From Promethearchaeota archaeon (lineage in GTDB: Archaea; Asgardarchaeota; Heimdallarchaeia; Hodarchaeales; Hodarchaeaceae): a stretch of DNA of 64,000 nt. Where the stretch lies: positions 1 through 64,000 of the forward strand of contig JBHLMN010000002.1 in NCBI GenBank assembly GCA_048938105.1, read 5' to 3'. Positions 28,829 through 38,171 of the stretch are shown here, in pieces. Within the stretch, counting starts at the first letter, position 1. Every line of letters begins with the position of its first letter. The notes under the pieces were generated by a model. That model was given only the letters and a program-made list of their open reading frames with translations. It searched no databases and had not been told where the DNA came from. Position numbers and translations under genes: made by a program.

Positions 28829-29211
28829 AATAATTAACTCCTAAATGAACATCTTTTAAGCAATATCAAGCAATAATTGGTAATGAATTGCTTTTTACAT
28901 AATATTGGATGTTTATTACACTTAAATGAATCTGTATAAAAATTACTCAACGCCTTTAAATAGCCTTTCTTTTTGGCAAAGGAGATTAAATCTCATAAGA
29001 ATCGTTTACAAGGGTGAGATGGCCTATAATCATTGTTTAATAAAGATAACGCCCTTCATGTTCTAAAAAGTAGTACCAATTAGGTCAAATCATAATTTTT
29101 TCGTTGGATTTGAGAATTATTATCAGATATTGTTTTTCTTGTAGTTCTTATCTACAGATTTCTATATAAATTACCAAAAAATTAGGTTCTTTTGAAGGAA
29201 ATACTATAACT

Positions 29212-30096
29212 ATGAAACGGGTGATTTTTGATACTGATCCTGGAATAGGAGTGAACTATCGAGATATCGATGATGGATTAGCACTCCTCTTCCTTATTGC
29301 TTCAAATAATGTCACAGTTGAAGGTGTTACCATTAATTTTGGTAATACTCCCTCAGAGAAAGGTTATCAGATAGCACAAACCCTGTTAAAAATAACACAA
29401 ACTGATATCCCGTTATCCATTGGATCAAAAGCAAAAACTGACTTAGGAAAACTTAACCCTGCAGTCAAATACATGATAAGAACCGTCAGTGAAAACCCAG
29501 GAGAGATTTCTTTATTAGCTACAGCACCTCTAACCAATATTGCTAGCGCAATGGCTTATGATGAGGATTTTATGTATAATTTGCGGGATTTAATCATTAT
29601 GGGAGGATCTCTAAAATTCAGACCCTTTTCCTTATTTGGTGAATTTAATTTCCATAAGGATGCTAAAGCTGCAGCATTAGTTTGTTCATCCCCTATTTAT
29701 AAAACCTTAATCACGATGGACGTATGTTCTCAATTAGTTTTTCAACAGCAGCACTTAGACATATTAAAGAAGAATTTGTCACCTGTTTCAAAATATTTAC
29801 TTAGAGTGATTCCTCATTGGTTAGAACTAAATAAAAAAATCTTTTTTAAGGCAAAAGGGTTTTTCCCTTGGGATGTAGTTGCTGCACTCTACTTGACACA
29901 TCAAGAATTATTTGATAAGAATCCCTATACTTTTTCAATTCGTGAAACAGGAATTCGATCAGGGAGTATTCATAAACTCACTCCCTGTGACAATTTCAAA
30001 ACAACAAAAAATAAACATATACCTATTAATATACCTCTTCATTTAAAGGAGAGACGAATAATGGAATTAATTGTACAAAAATTATGTACATTGTAA
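29212..30096 (+). CDS. Inosine/uridine-preferring nucleoside hydrolase family protein
   Basis: IFDTDPG....IDDGLA, INFGN, APLTNIA, IMGG, EFNFHKDA.AA and PWD. Confidence 0.9.
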   Translation: MKRVIFDTDPGIGVNYRDIDDGLALLFLIASNNVTVEGVTINFGNTPSEKGYQIAQTLLKITQTDIPLSIGSKAKTDLGKLNPAVKYMIRTVSENPGEISLLATAPLTNIASAMAYDEDFMYNLRDLIIMGGSLKFRPFSLFGEFNFHKDAKAAALVCSSPIYKTLITMDVCSQLVFQQQHLDILKKNLSPVSKYLLRVIPHWLELNKKIFFKAKGFFPWDVVAALYLTHQELFDKNPYTFSIRETGIRSGSIHKLTPCDNFKTTKNKHIPINIPLHLKERRIMELIVQKLCTL

Positions 30097-30118
30097 TTCA
30101 AGATCTAATTTTATAAGA

Positions 30119-30799
30119 TTAAAAGAGTTGATTGATAGTAGAGGCTAAGATTATACTAGGTAAAAGGATTGGGACGTTTATTAGATTATGGATTTTCTGT
30201 TTATCCATTAATCTAAATCCGATGCAATCAAGAATAATAGCCTCCACCTCCTCCTCAATAAAACTTTGTGTAATAATTTCCCAACTTTCCCCTTTTATAT
30301 ATGGTGATTTCGCTTCAATAACAATTTTCTCTGTTTCCCATTTTTGTCTTGTTTTAGCAATTTGATTTTTTAAAGGAACCACTACCCCGAGAATTCGAAT
30401 TTTCAATATACGGTTGACTAAAAATCGTAGAAGATCAAACGGAAAAATAACAGGAAAAAAAACATTGTCATATTGAAAACTATGTGTACAAAGGATTCCA
30501 ATAGCGTTAACTTTTGCCTTGGTTTTCATCTGATCAATGGCTTTGGGTAAAAACTCTATCACTTTTTTTTCACTTAATTGAACTTGGCTGCCATCTCTCA
30601 ATCGAGTGATTAAAGGAATTTCATGAGCTTTTGGTTTTAGGTCTCCGATTTCTTCTGAACTAACGTTATCTAATAAGCCCCCCTCAACAATCTCTATATG
30701 AGGAAGAAGGAGAGGTATTATATCCGCCATGATGTCTTCCCTTGGAGATTGACCAATTGTGAGGACTCCAATTCTCACTTTAGTCATTAAAATAATCAT
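30119..30799 (-). CDS. AroM-family protein
   Basis: TIGQSPRED, GLLD, LITRLRDGS, LCT, SPY and LDCIGF signatures. Confidence 0.85.
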   Translation of the reverse strand: MIILMTKVRIGVLTIGQSPREDIMADIIPLLLPHIEIVEGGLLDNVSSEEIGDLKPKAHEIPLITRLRDGSQVQLSEKKVIEFLPKAIDQMKTKAKVNAIGILCTHSFQYDNVFFPVIFPFDLLRFLVNRILKIRILGVVVPLKNQIAKTRQKWETEKIVIEAKSPYIKGESWEIITQSFIEEEVEAIILDCIGFRLMDKQKIHNLINVPILLPSIILASTINQLF

Positions 30800-31069
30800 C
30801 CTGAACTACTTTTTTGCTCGATTAACTTACCTCTTGATACCAAAAACGGTAATTCGAATATTGTGATAACAAATACACTGGCATTTTTCTATAGGATAGT
30901 CTATTGTTACAACGGATATTAATATACTATCATCATTTAGACTCAATCTCCTCATCTTTGCTTGAATGATACCTCGATTATAAATTCTATGTGGCCATAT
31001 GATGCAAAATAATTATCAGTCAGTTCATTCCAAGATTCAATACTGAAAAGAAATTAATTCATAAAAAAT

Positions 31070-31912
31070 CTAAAAGAATTCTCTAAGACTCATTTGTCTT
31101 CTTATGTATTTATCTGCGTTTTCAAATCCTTGTGCTGGTATATTCTCTTTTGTGAATATTTTTCGAAGAGCAATAGCGTCATTTATAGCATAACCAGAGA
31201 ACCTATTGTTAATAAGGACGAAAATAGTATCATACGGTTTACTAAGCCGTATAATTTTTCGAGACCAGTCCTTTCTTTCTTGTTTCTTTTCCAGGAAGAA
31301 TTTTCCAAGTTTCTCATCTGGAATGATCCTCCGATCACCAAGAAGACGAATGTAATACAATGATATGTCTTTATTTCTATATTTATCAGGAATATTTAGC
31401 ATAGTCGTCTCAGCTAATGTAATAGCCTTTTCACTAAGTAGATCTTTAAAATCGTCACTGAACCATGATTTATTCCGAATCTCTAGAACTATTTGGCCTG
31501 AGAAATGACCCGAGCACTTATCAAGTACTCGAGATAAATAAGAGAGTGTTTCAGGAGTTTTACGGAGACTGGGAGGAAATTGGACTAAAATCACTTGTAA
31601 TTTCTCTTCAAGCCTCGCCAAACGAGTAAAAAATTCGGTTATTTTATCTAACTTTGAAGCGAGGCGTGTGTGCCTTCCTGAGTGGGTCACTTCCCTAATA
31701 AGTTTTGCACTAAAGATGAAATCATCAGGAGTGGAGTGATACCATCTCTGAACCATGTGTTCTGAAGGGATGTGATAAAATGTGTTATTTATTTCATTTA
31801 ATTGAGAATAATGACTATAATACTCGAGCTCATTGAGATTCTCAACGTCCCTTGGATAAAACGTACCACGCCAATGGGGATATGACCACCCTGCAGTTCC
31901 TAGATAAATCAT
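31070..31912 (-). CDS. DUF72 (YecE-like) protein
   Basis: IYLGTAGWSYPHW.G.FYP, EINNTFY..P, W...TPDDF.FSAK, LVQFPPS and EIRNKSW. Confidence 0.92.
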   Translation of the reverse strand: MIYLGTAGWSYPHWRGTFYPRDVENLNELEYYSHYSQLNEINNTFYHIPSEHMVQRWYHSTPDDFIFSAKLIREVTHSGRHTRLASKLDKITEFFTRLARLEEKLQVILVQFPPSLRKTPETLSYLSRVLDKCSGHFSGQIVLEIRNKSWFSDDFKDLLSEKAITLAETTMLNIPDKYRNKDISLYYIRLLGDRRIIPDEKLGKFFLEKKQERKDWSRKIIRLSKPYDTIFVLINNRFSGYAINDAIALRKIFTKENIPAQGFENADKYIRRQMSLREFF

Positions 31913-32085
31913 TACTAAATGAACAACGTTATTTTAGTATATATAATGTTCGATTCCCTATCTATATATTGCACTAAAAAATCCTTTAAATGAACTATTT
32001 AATAACTTTCTTCTCAGAGTTTCTCCCCAAATCGAATTTATGATGGTTTGAACCTAAAAAAAAGAGGAATTGTGGGAATTTTGTT

Positions 32086-32148
32086 TTATTTTTTCTGTTT
32101 AGATTTTGCTTGTGTTTTTTTCTTTGTTGCTTTCTTTTTCTTTGCCAT
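32086..32148 (-). CDS. Unannotated 20-aa lysine-rich micropeptide
   Basis: MAKKKKATKKKTQAKSKQKK*. GGTGA RBS just upstream of the ATG, and an oligo-T terminator-like run about 20 nt downstream. Confidence 0.55.
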   Translation of the reverse strand: MAKKKKATKKKTQAKSKQKK

Positions 32149-32260
32149 TCTTTTTCACCATAAAGTATATCTTTCGTTATTATTCAAAAAAAATCTTCTT
32201 ATAACTCTCTCCTATTCATATGATTTGCGAAAGTTAATATTCTCATCTATTACTTGTTAA

Positions 32261-32392
32261 TTAGGCATCTTCTTCGTAATATTCGTCGTCATCTTCTGAC
32301 CAGTCGTCTTCTTCGTCATCCCAGTCTTCATCATCCCAATCATCCTCTTCCTCTTCTTCTTCTTTTCTCTTGTTTTTTGGGCCGAATTTCAT
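32261..32392 (-). CDS. Unannotated 43-aa hyper-acidic micropeptide with three DW repeats
   Basis: MKFGPKNKRKEEEEEEDDWDDEDWDDEEDDWSEDDDEYYEEDA*. Mixed synonymous GAA/GAG/GAT/GAC codons indicate coding sequence rather than a microsatellite. Confidence 0.75.
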   Translation of the reverse strand: MKFGPKNKRKEEEEEEDDWDDEDWDDEEDDWSEDDDEYYEEDA

Positions 32393-32939
32393 GGTTGGTT
32401 AATCCCTTTTTTTGCTATATCTGGATTTTTTCAACTTACGGACAGTTTAACCTAATTTGGGGAAAATCTGACCATAAAAAACGTCTGAATATTCATATAT
32501 TTAAACCTTTACAATTTAATATGCTGTCATCTAAAGGAGACTCTTCTTAAATCGGAATCTTATAATATTTCTTGTAACATTTTCTATTCAACCTTGTTGT
32601 AATTTTCTCAAATCGAGTAATTCATGACCCACATTCAAAATTTGGATTTATTTATACTAGACTCAATAAATATATCGACACTCATAATAAGAGATGTAAT
32701 TAATTTTTGGTTTATGAAGATGATACGAATATAGTTCTAGCATATTCATCTAGCAAAATGATGTTATCTAATTACTCTGTCCTTGTTAAAACTAGTATAA
32801 TTTTATTTTATCAAATTATTTATTTGATTTCTAATCCTAATATAATGATAAAGAGAACGTTATCAGATGTTATGTCTATTGAATTTTAAATTACCTGGGT
32901 ATAGTTCAAAGGATAAACACAAGAGATGTACTTATTAAA

Positions 32940-33333
32940 TCATAATGCAATCCCGAATTTCTGTCGAGAATACCATGGATTTTCAGCAATGAAATTTCCA
33001 AACTTTTTCATAGCTTCTTTCAAGTTAATATTTGGTCTAAAACCTGTTAGTTTTATTTTTTCATTATCTATCCAGATATTTTGTTCTAGTTTATCAAATA
33101 GAGTTGGGATTAATATTAATTTTCCTTTTGATCTGTTTTCAAGTTGCCATAAAAAAGATCAATTTCTTTATCTTCACACCATTGTAAGAAGCGTTACCTA
33201 TGAGGATTTTCATTATTTTTCCTGATTAAGAATCGTATTTTATAGGATATTTGACATAATCTGTTTCATCTATAAGATAACGAACTGTTGCTTACCCCCC
33301 CAACCATGTTCCGCCTGTAATTAACAAAGTCAT
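32940..33333 (-). pseudogene. Remnant of an NAD-dependent epimerase/dehydratase (extended SDR) with an internal deletion
   Basis: The 5' end reads MTLLITGGTWLGG*ATVRYLIDETDY. The 3' end reads IWIDNEKIKLTGFRPNINLKEAMKKFGNFIAENPWY...*. Only ~400 bp remain of an expected ~1-kb gene. Confidence 0.7.
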
Positions 33334-33429
33334 TTTTACAGCCTTCACTCTATCATCAAACTAGGATTATTGCTAGATAATAACACCAAGAAAGAAGAAG
33401 AACATCTAACTCTTAGTAAATGAGCGATG

Positions 33430-34758
33430 TTATAGAAAACCAAAAGTGGAAAGTAAGATTAAATAAATTGTACCTATAAAAAGATGGAGTAATCCTAATA
33501 CTGCCCCGACTTTTAAAAATTGCATGAATGTAATCGTTGATCCTTCTTGATTAGATAAATTTATTGCCAAAATATTTGCTGGACTTCCAATCGGGAGAAC
33601 GTACCCCCCCAGATTCACAGCTATCACTAATGTCCACCATTGGATTGGATCAATAACACCTGCGGATTGTAAATCAAAAAAAACTGGAGCCAACGCGGCT
33701 GAGATGGGAATATTGTCCACAACTGCTGAAATAAATCCGATTCCAAATGAGACAAAAGGTAGCGAAATTATCAAAGGTTGTTCCAAGAACGGGGTTAAGA
33801 GTTTGCCTAGGAGCTCTAGTAATCCCAAAATTTCAATCGATCCAACAAGGAGGAACAGTCCTATAATGAAGTAGACTGAGATCCATTCGACATCTCTGAA
33901 GATTTCTTTTGGATGCATTCCTGAAAAGAGTAAAAGCCCTGCTGCGATTAATAGGGCAATTTCAGCCGCTTTCAAGTTTATTATATTGCCAAAGATGAAT
34001 CCTAGTACTAACACAATTAGTCCAAAGATGGACACATAGAAAGTTTGTTTATCTTCTACGAGGATATTTGGATCTAATAGGAAAATTTCCCTGACCAATG
34101 ATGCTGGAGGGTCTTTGAATGTGGATCTTGCTGTGAAATAGTAAATAGGTAGGGCTGTTACAAGTAAGATAAGACTAAGGGGCCCCATTACTAGTACGAA
34201 GTCTATAAATGTTGCTCCACTCCTATCTGCTAAGACAATGTTTGGGATACTCCCTACTAATGAGGAGATTGAAGCGAAATTAGCTGTAATTGCTTCAGCA
34301 ATGAGTGTAGGTCTAAAATCGAACTCTAGAATTTTATATATTTCAACAGTTAGAGGTGCAATAATTAGCATTGTGGTAATGACATCAAAGACGAAGCTGA
34401 TGATGAATGTCAACATAGATAAAGAGAATAGTAATGTTTTTGGATTTCCTTTGGTCAAACGGACAATAATGATACTGATATATTGAAAAAGGCCTGATCG
34501 GCTTGAAATGATAGTTATGATCATCATAGCAGTGATAAAAATGAAAGTATTCCATTCCACTCGGGAAACAATAGTATGAAAGGTTGTTACATGATTAGGT
34601 TCGTATTCCCATTGTGTGACGATCAACAGAATTGAAATGAAGCTAGCTCCTAGAAGAGCAGAAATGGGTCTATGCAATTTTTCAGACGTAATCAAAATGT
34701 AGGTTGCGATGAATATTACTAGACCAATTAATTGCACAGGATGGAGTACCATAATCAA
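33430..34758 (-). CDS. ArsB/NhaD-family ion transporter (paralog of 11655..13157)
   Basis: SRSGLFQY, FDVITTM, SLVGSIPNI, SAVVDNIP and NLGGYVLPIGSPANI. Confidence 0.88.
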   Translation of the reverse strand: MIMVLHPVQLIGLVIFIATYILITSEKLHRPISALLGASFISILLIVTQWEYEPNHVTTFHTIVSRVEWNTFIFITAMMIITIISSRSGLFQYISIIIVRLTKGNPKTLLFSLSMLTFIISFVFDVITTMLIIAPLTVEIYKILEFDFRPTLIAEAITANFASISSLVGSIPNIVLADRSGATFIDFVLVMGPLSLILLVTALPIYYFTARSTFKDPPASLVREIFLLDPNILVEDKQTFYVSIFGLIVLVLGFIFGNIINLKAAEIALLIAAGLLLFSGMHPKEIFRDVEWISVYFIIGLFLLVGSIEILGLLELLGKLLTPFLEQPLIISLPFVSFGIGFISAVVDNIPISAALAPVFFDLQSAGVIDPIQWWTLVIAVNLGGYVLPIGSPANILAINLSNQEGSTITFMQFLKVGAVLGLLHLFIGTIYLILLSTFGFL

Positions 34759-35407
34759 ACCATTCGTAAAAGGATATTCATTTAATAATACAGCCTATTT
34801 TTGTGATTTTAGAACATTTAAGTGGCAGAGATGGGTAATATATGTAAAATGATAAAATTTTTTAAATGCAATTATCTGTTGAATTGCAGCTCCTAGCTGA
34901 TAGATATTATAGAAGTGTACCATCTGGCTTTGAATAAGTTGTTTTTATTTCATCAATTTTTATACACGAAACTCAAAATTGCTTCAACAATATAATGTAG
35001 TTAATGAAGGCATTTAAATGAATAATTGTACTCATCATTAATAATTATTCATTAATATCAATTAAAATCAAAATTTAGGATGTCGTTGGATTATAGTCAC
35101 ATTTTAATCGGAATTTGGGACTAAGTATTACTATTGTTAAGTTGAATCGTTCTGTAATTGTAAAAAATAATGTAAAATATTTAAAAGAGTTTAAATATGC
35201 CATAACATGCTAAAATGGTTCAAGCAGTCGTATCTACTCATAATTAGATAATATGTAGTAAAAGTGTGAAATTATATTTCCTTTCAATGAAGCAATTGAG
35301 GTCAGCCTATCAAATGGAAGGAATTTCACTAAGTGTTGACCTAGACTCAACTTCTTATATTTCACTTAAAGTGTAAAAAAAAAAAAAGCTTTGGAAAAGA
35401 AAATGAG

Positions 35408-35911
35408 ATGAATTACATGCAAGTAATCAATTTTTCTAAAAGAAATGAGTTGATCAACGAAAATCTTTCTCTTTCTTATTGTTACCAATGCTCAACATGC
35501 ACAGGAGGTTGCCCTGTTGCCTTAAAAACAGCGGGGAAATACAACCCTCGGAAGATTATTGAACTCTCTCTGCTAGGTTTAGAACAGAGATTAATTGAGG
35601 GTCAAGACATAAATATATGGTTATGCAGCACTTGTCAAAACTGTGTGGAGTATTGTCCACAGAAAGTGTTATTGACTGAGATATTTAATACTGTTAAAAA
35701 TCACTCCGCAGTGGAAGGATTAGCCCCTGAGGCATATTATTTACAAGGAAAAGCGATCTATGATTCAGGATTAGCTATTCCATATTCTTCAGCTATTTTA
35801 CGTAGAAGGGAACAATTAGGCTTACCACTAATAAACACACCAAATGTAGAGGAGATTCAATCCCTACTAAAAGAAATAAAGTTTGATGTGAAAATAATTT
35901 CAAAAATATAA
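35408..35911 (+). CDS. hdrC: Heterodisulfide reductase subunit C
   Basis: CYQCSTCTGGCP, YNPRKII and WLCSTCQNCVEYCP. Confidence 0.92.
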   Translation: MNYMQVINFSKRNELINENLSLSYCYQCSTCTGGCPVALKTAGKYNPRKIIELSLLGLEQRLIEGQDINIWLCSTCQNCVEYCPQKVLLTEIFNTVKNHSAVEGLAPEAYYLQGKAIYDSGLAIPYSSAILRRREQLGLPLINTPNVEEIQSLLKEIKFDVKIISKI

Positions 35912-35926
35912 TCCAGAGGGAATAAA

Positions 35927-36805
35927 GTGTCGAATAAATACTTTTTAGGATGTGTAATTCCTGCAAGATTTCCATTTATTGAAGCATCTACAAGAAAAAT
36001 GTTTGATAGCTTAGGAATCGAAGTTTCTGATATCGATGGAGCAAGTTGTTGTCCTGATCCGACTGGACTTGAAGGTTTAGATCACGAAAGCTGGCTTCTT
36101 CTTGGTACAAGGAATATTAGTCTTTTTGAGCAAGAGGGTAGTGACATCATTAGTTTGTGCAATGGATGTACGGAGACACTCAAATGGGTTCAACATGAAC
36201 TTAACGAAGATGAAGTAAAGAAACGAGAAATTAACAAAATTTTGAAAAAAATCGGAAAAGAGTATAAAGGTACAGCTAAAATAAAGCATTTTGCACAAGT
36301 CCTTCACGAAAATCTAGACCTAGTAAAGAAAAAAGTGACTAAACCTTTGGAGGGGTTTCGAGTTGCTGTACATTACGGTTGTCATTATATGAGACCTTCA
36401 TCCATTATACAATGGGATGATCCATTTGAGCCACATTCTTTGGATGAGATCGTGAATGGATTGGGTGCTGAATCAATAGACTACAATTCGAAGTTAGGAT
36501 GTTGTGGTAATCCTGTTGGAAAAGCTGATGAGAAATTGTCCTTTGCGATGTTAAAGGATAAATTAGATAATATCAATCAAACAAAAACTAATTGTATTTT
36601 AGTTGTATGCCCTGCGTGTTATCAACAATTTGATTTTGGACAGAAAACGGTAAATAAAGAATTTGGTACAGACTTTAGTTATCCAATTTTCTATCTTTCA
36701 GAATTAATTGGTCTATCTTTAGGTTTTAGTTATGACGAACTGGGGCTTAAATATCATCGAAATAATGTAAAACCATTATTGAGAAGTATTGGTTTTATGT
36801 CTTGA
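35927..36805 (+). CDS. hdrB: Heterodisulfide reductase subunit B
   Basis: Two CCG domains: FLGC..SCCP..CNGC and HYGCHYMRP..CCG..CPAC.QQFD.GQ. Confidence 0.95.
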   Translation: MSNKYFLGCVIPARFPFIEASTRKMFDSLGIEVSDIDGASCCPDPTGLEGLDHESWLLLGTRNISLFEQEGSDIISLCNGCTETLKWVQHELNEDEVKKREINKILKKIGKEYKGTAKIKHFAQVLHENLDLVKKKVTKPLEGFRVAVHYGCHYMRPSSIIQWDDPFEPHSLDEIVNGLGAESIDYNSKLGCCGNPVGKADEKLSFAMLKDKLDNINQTKTNCILVVCPACYQQFDFGQKTVNKEFGTDFSYPIFYLSELIGLSLGFSYDELGLKYHRNNVKPLLRSIGFMS

Positions 36806-36846
36806 AGAATAAAAAATAATCAATTTCGTAATAGGGAAAACTTTAG

Positions 36847-38169
36847 ATGGTAAAAAAGAATCATGCGACTTTAATTATTGGAGCGGGAATTGCTGGAATT
36901 CAAGCTGCATTAGATTTAGGAGATATGGGAATACAGGTTTATTTAATTGAAAAAAGACCATGTATTGGGGGAAGAATGGCCCAATTGGATAAAACTTTCC
37001 CTACGAATGACTGTTCAATTTGCATTTTAGCCCCGAAACTATCAGAGGCCGTACGCCATCCAAATATTGAACTTTATACCCTCTCTGAAGTAGTGGGATT
37101 GGAGGGAGAAGCTGGGAATTTTTCTGTGAAAATCCTTAAGCATCCGCGATACATTAAGGAGGATGCGTGCATAAACTGCGGTTTGTGTATAGATAAATGT
37201 CCAGTACGCGTAGATGATGATTTTAATGTAGGTTTAATAAAACGAAAGGCAATATATCTTGATTATTTGCAAGGAATTCCAGCCAAAATGGCAATAGATG
37301 ACCGTTATTGCATATACTTGACTCGAGGGAAATGTGGGGTTTGTCAGAAAGTTTGTCCAAAAGAAGCGATTGATTTCGATCAAAAAGAAACAGCATTTGA
37401 TTTAAGCGTGGGAGCCGTTATTGTAGCCACTGGCTACGACCCGTTTGATCCGACACCCCTTTATAATTTTGGGTATGGGCGAATCAAAAATGTGATTACT
37501 GCTATAGAAGCAGAGCGATTTGAATGTGCTTCTGGTCCCACAAATGGACATTTGGTGAGACCCTCGGATGGAAAACCTCCTAAAAAACTTGCATTCATTC
37601 AGTGTGTTGGATCAAGGAATAAGAATTACAACGATTACTGTTCATCAATTTGTTGTATGTATTCTACAAAGGAAGCTATGGTCGCTTACGAGCATAATAA
37701 TGAACTTGAAATTAAGATTTTTTATATTGATATGCGGGCAGGAGGAAAGCATTTTCGGAAATACCAGAAACGTGGCGAAGAAGAATACAATATCACCTAT
37801 ATTAAAGGTAAAGTTGGGGAAATCCGTGAGGATGAGGATCAAAACCTAAATATAATTTATGAGGTAAGTAAAACCGGAGAGGTCAAATCTGAAAAGTTTG
37901 ATATGGTTGTACTTGCAACGAGTATTATTCCCAAACGGGATGTTGATAAAGTCGCAAATGCTTTGGGGATTGAACGGGATAAATTTAATTTCATCAAGAC
38001 ACTTCCCAACGCTCCGATGATAACTACTAGAGAGGGTGTGTATGCTTGTGGCTGTTGTCACGAACCAATGGACATCCCAAATTCCGTTATAGAGGCGAGC
38101 GGTGCTGCAGCTCTAGCTTCGGAAGTGCTAAGAAGTTCAAGTGAATTTACAAGGCGAGATGATATATAA
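36847..38169 (+). CDS. hdrA: HdrA-type flavoprotein, N-terminal module (FAD plus inserted ferredoxin)
   Basis: IGAGIAG, GGRMAQLDKTFPTNDCSICIL, CINCGLC..CP, IQCVGSR and YCSSICCMY. Confidence 0.9.
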   Translation: MVKKNHATLIIGAGIAGIQAALDLGDMGIQVYLIEKRPCIGGRMAQLDKTFPTNDCSICILAPKLSEAVRHPNIELYTLSEVVGLEGEAGNFSVKILKHPRYIKEDACINCGLCIDKCPVRVDDDFNVGLIKRKAIYLDYLQGIPAKMAIDDRYCIYLTRGKCGVCQKVCPKEAIDFDQKETAFDLSVGAVIVATGYDPFDPTPLYNFGYGRIKNVITAIEAERFECASGPTNGHLVRPSDGKPPKKLAFIQCVGSRNKNYNDYCSSICCMYSTKEAMVAYEHNNELEIKIFYIDMRAGGKHFRKYQKRGEEEYNITYIKGKVGEIREDEDQNLNIIYEVSKTGEVKSEKFDMVVLATSIIPKRDVDKVANALGIERDKFNFIKTLPNAPMITTREGVYACGCCHEPMDIPNSVIEASGAAALASEVLRSSSEFTRRDDI

Positions 38170-38171
38170 AA

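Noticed and set aside
30826-30955. Possible 42-aa minus-strand ORF (MRRLSLNDD...KCQCICYH...) between the DUF72 and AroM genes
   Set aside because: No convincing RBS or family pattern; compatible with chance.
32048-32550. Plus-strand ORFs 32048..32260 (Phe-rich) and 32254..32550 (Arg/His/Leu-rich)
   Set aside because: These are antisense shadows of the Lys-rich and Asp/Glu-rich minus-strand micro-ORFs.
32707-33225. Plus-strand ORFs 32707..32889 and 32926..33225
   Set aside because: The first is low-complexity AT-rich sequence. The second is antisense to the epimerase pseudogene.
35375-35388. Poly-A run before hdrC as a phase-variation tract
   Set aside because: It is intergenic, in a very AT-rich genome with many A/T runs, and there is no evidence of length variation from a single sequence.
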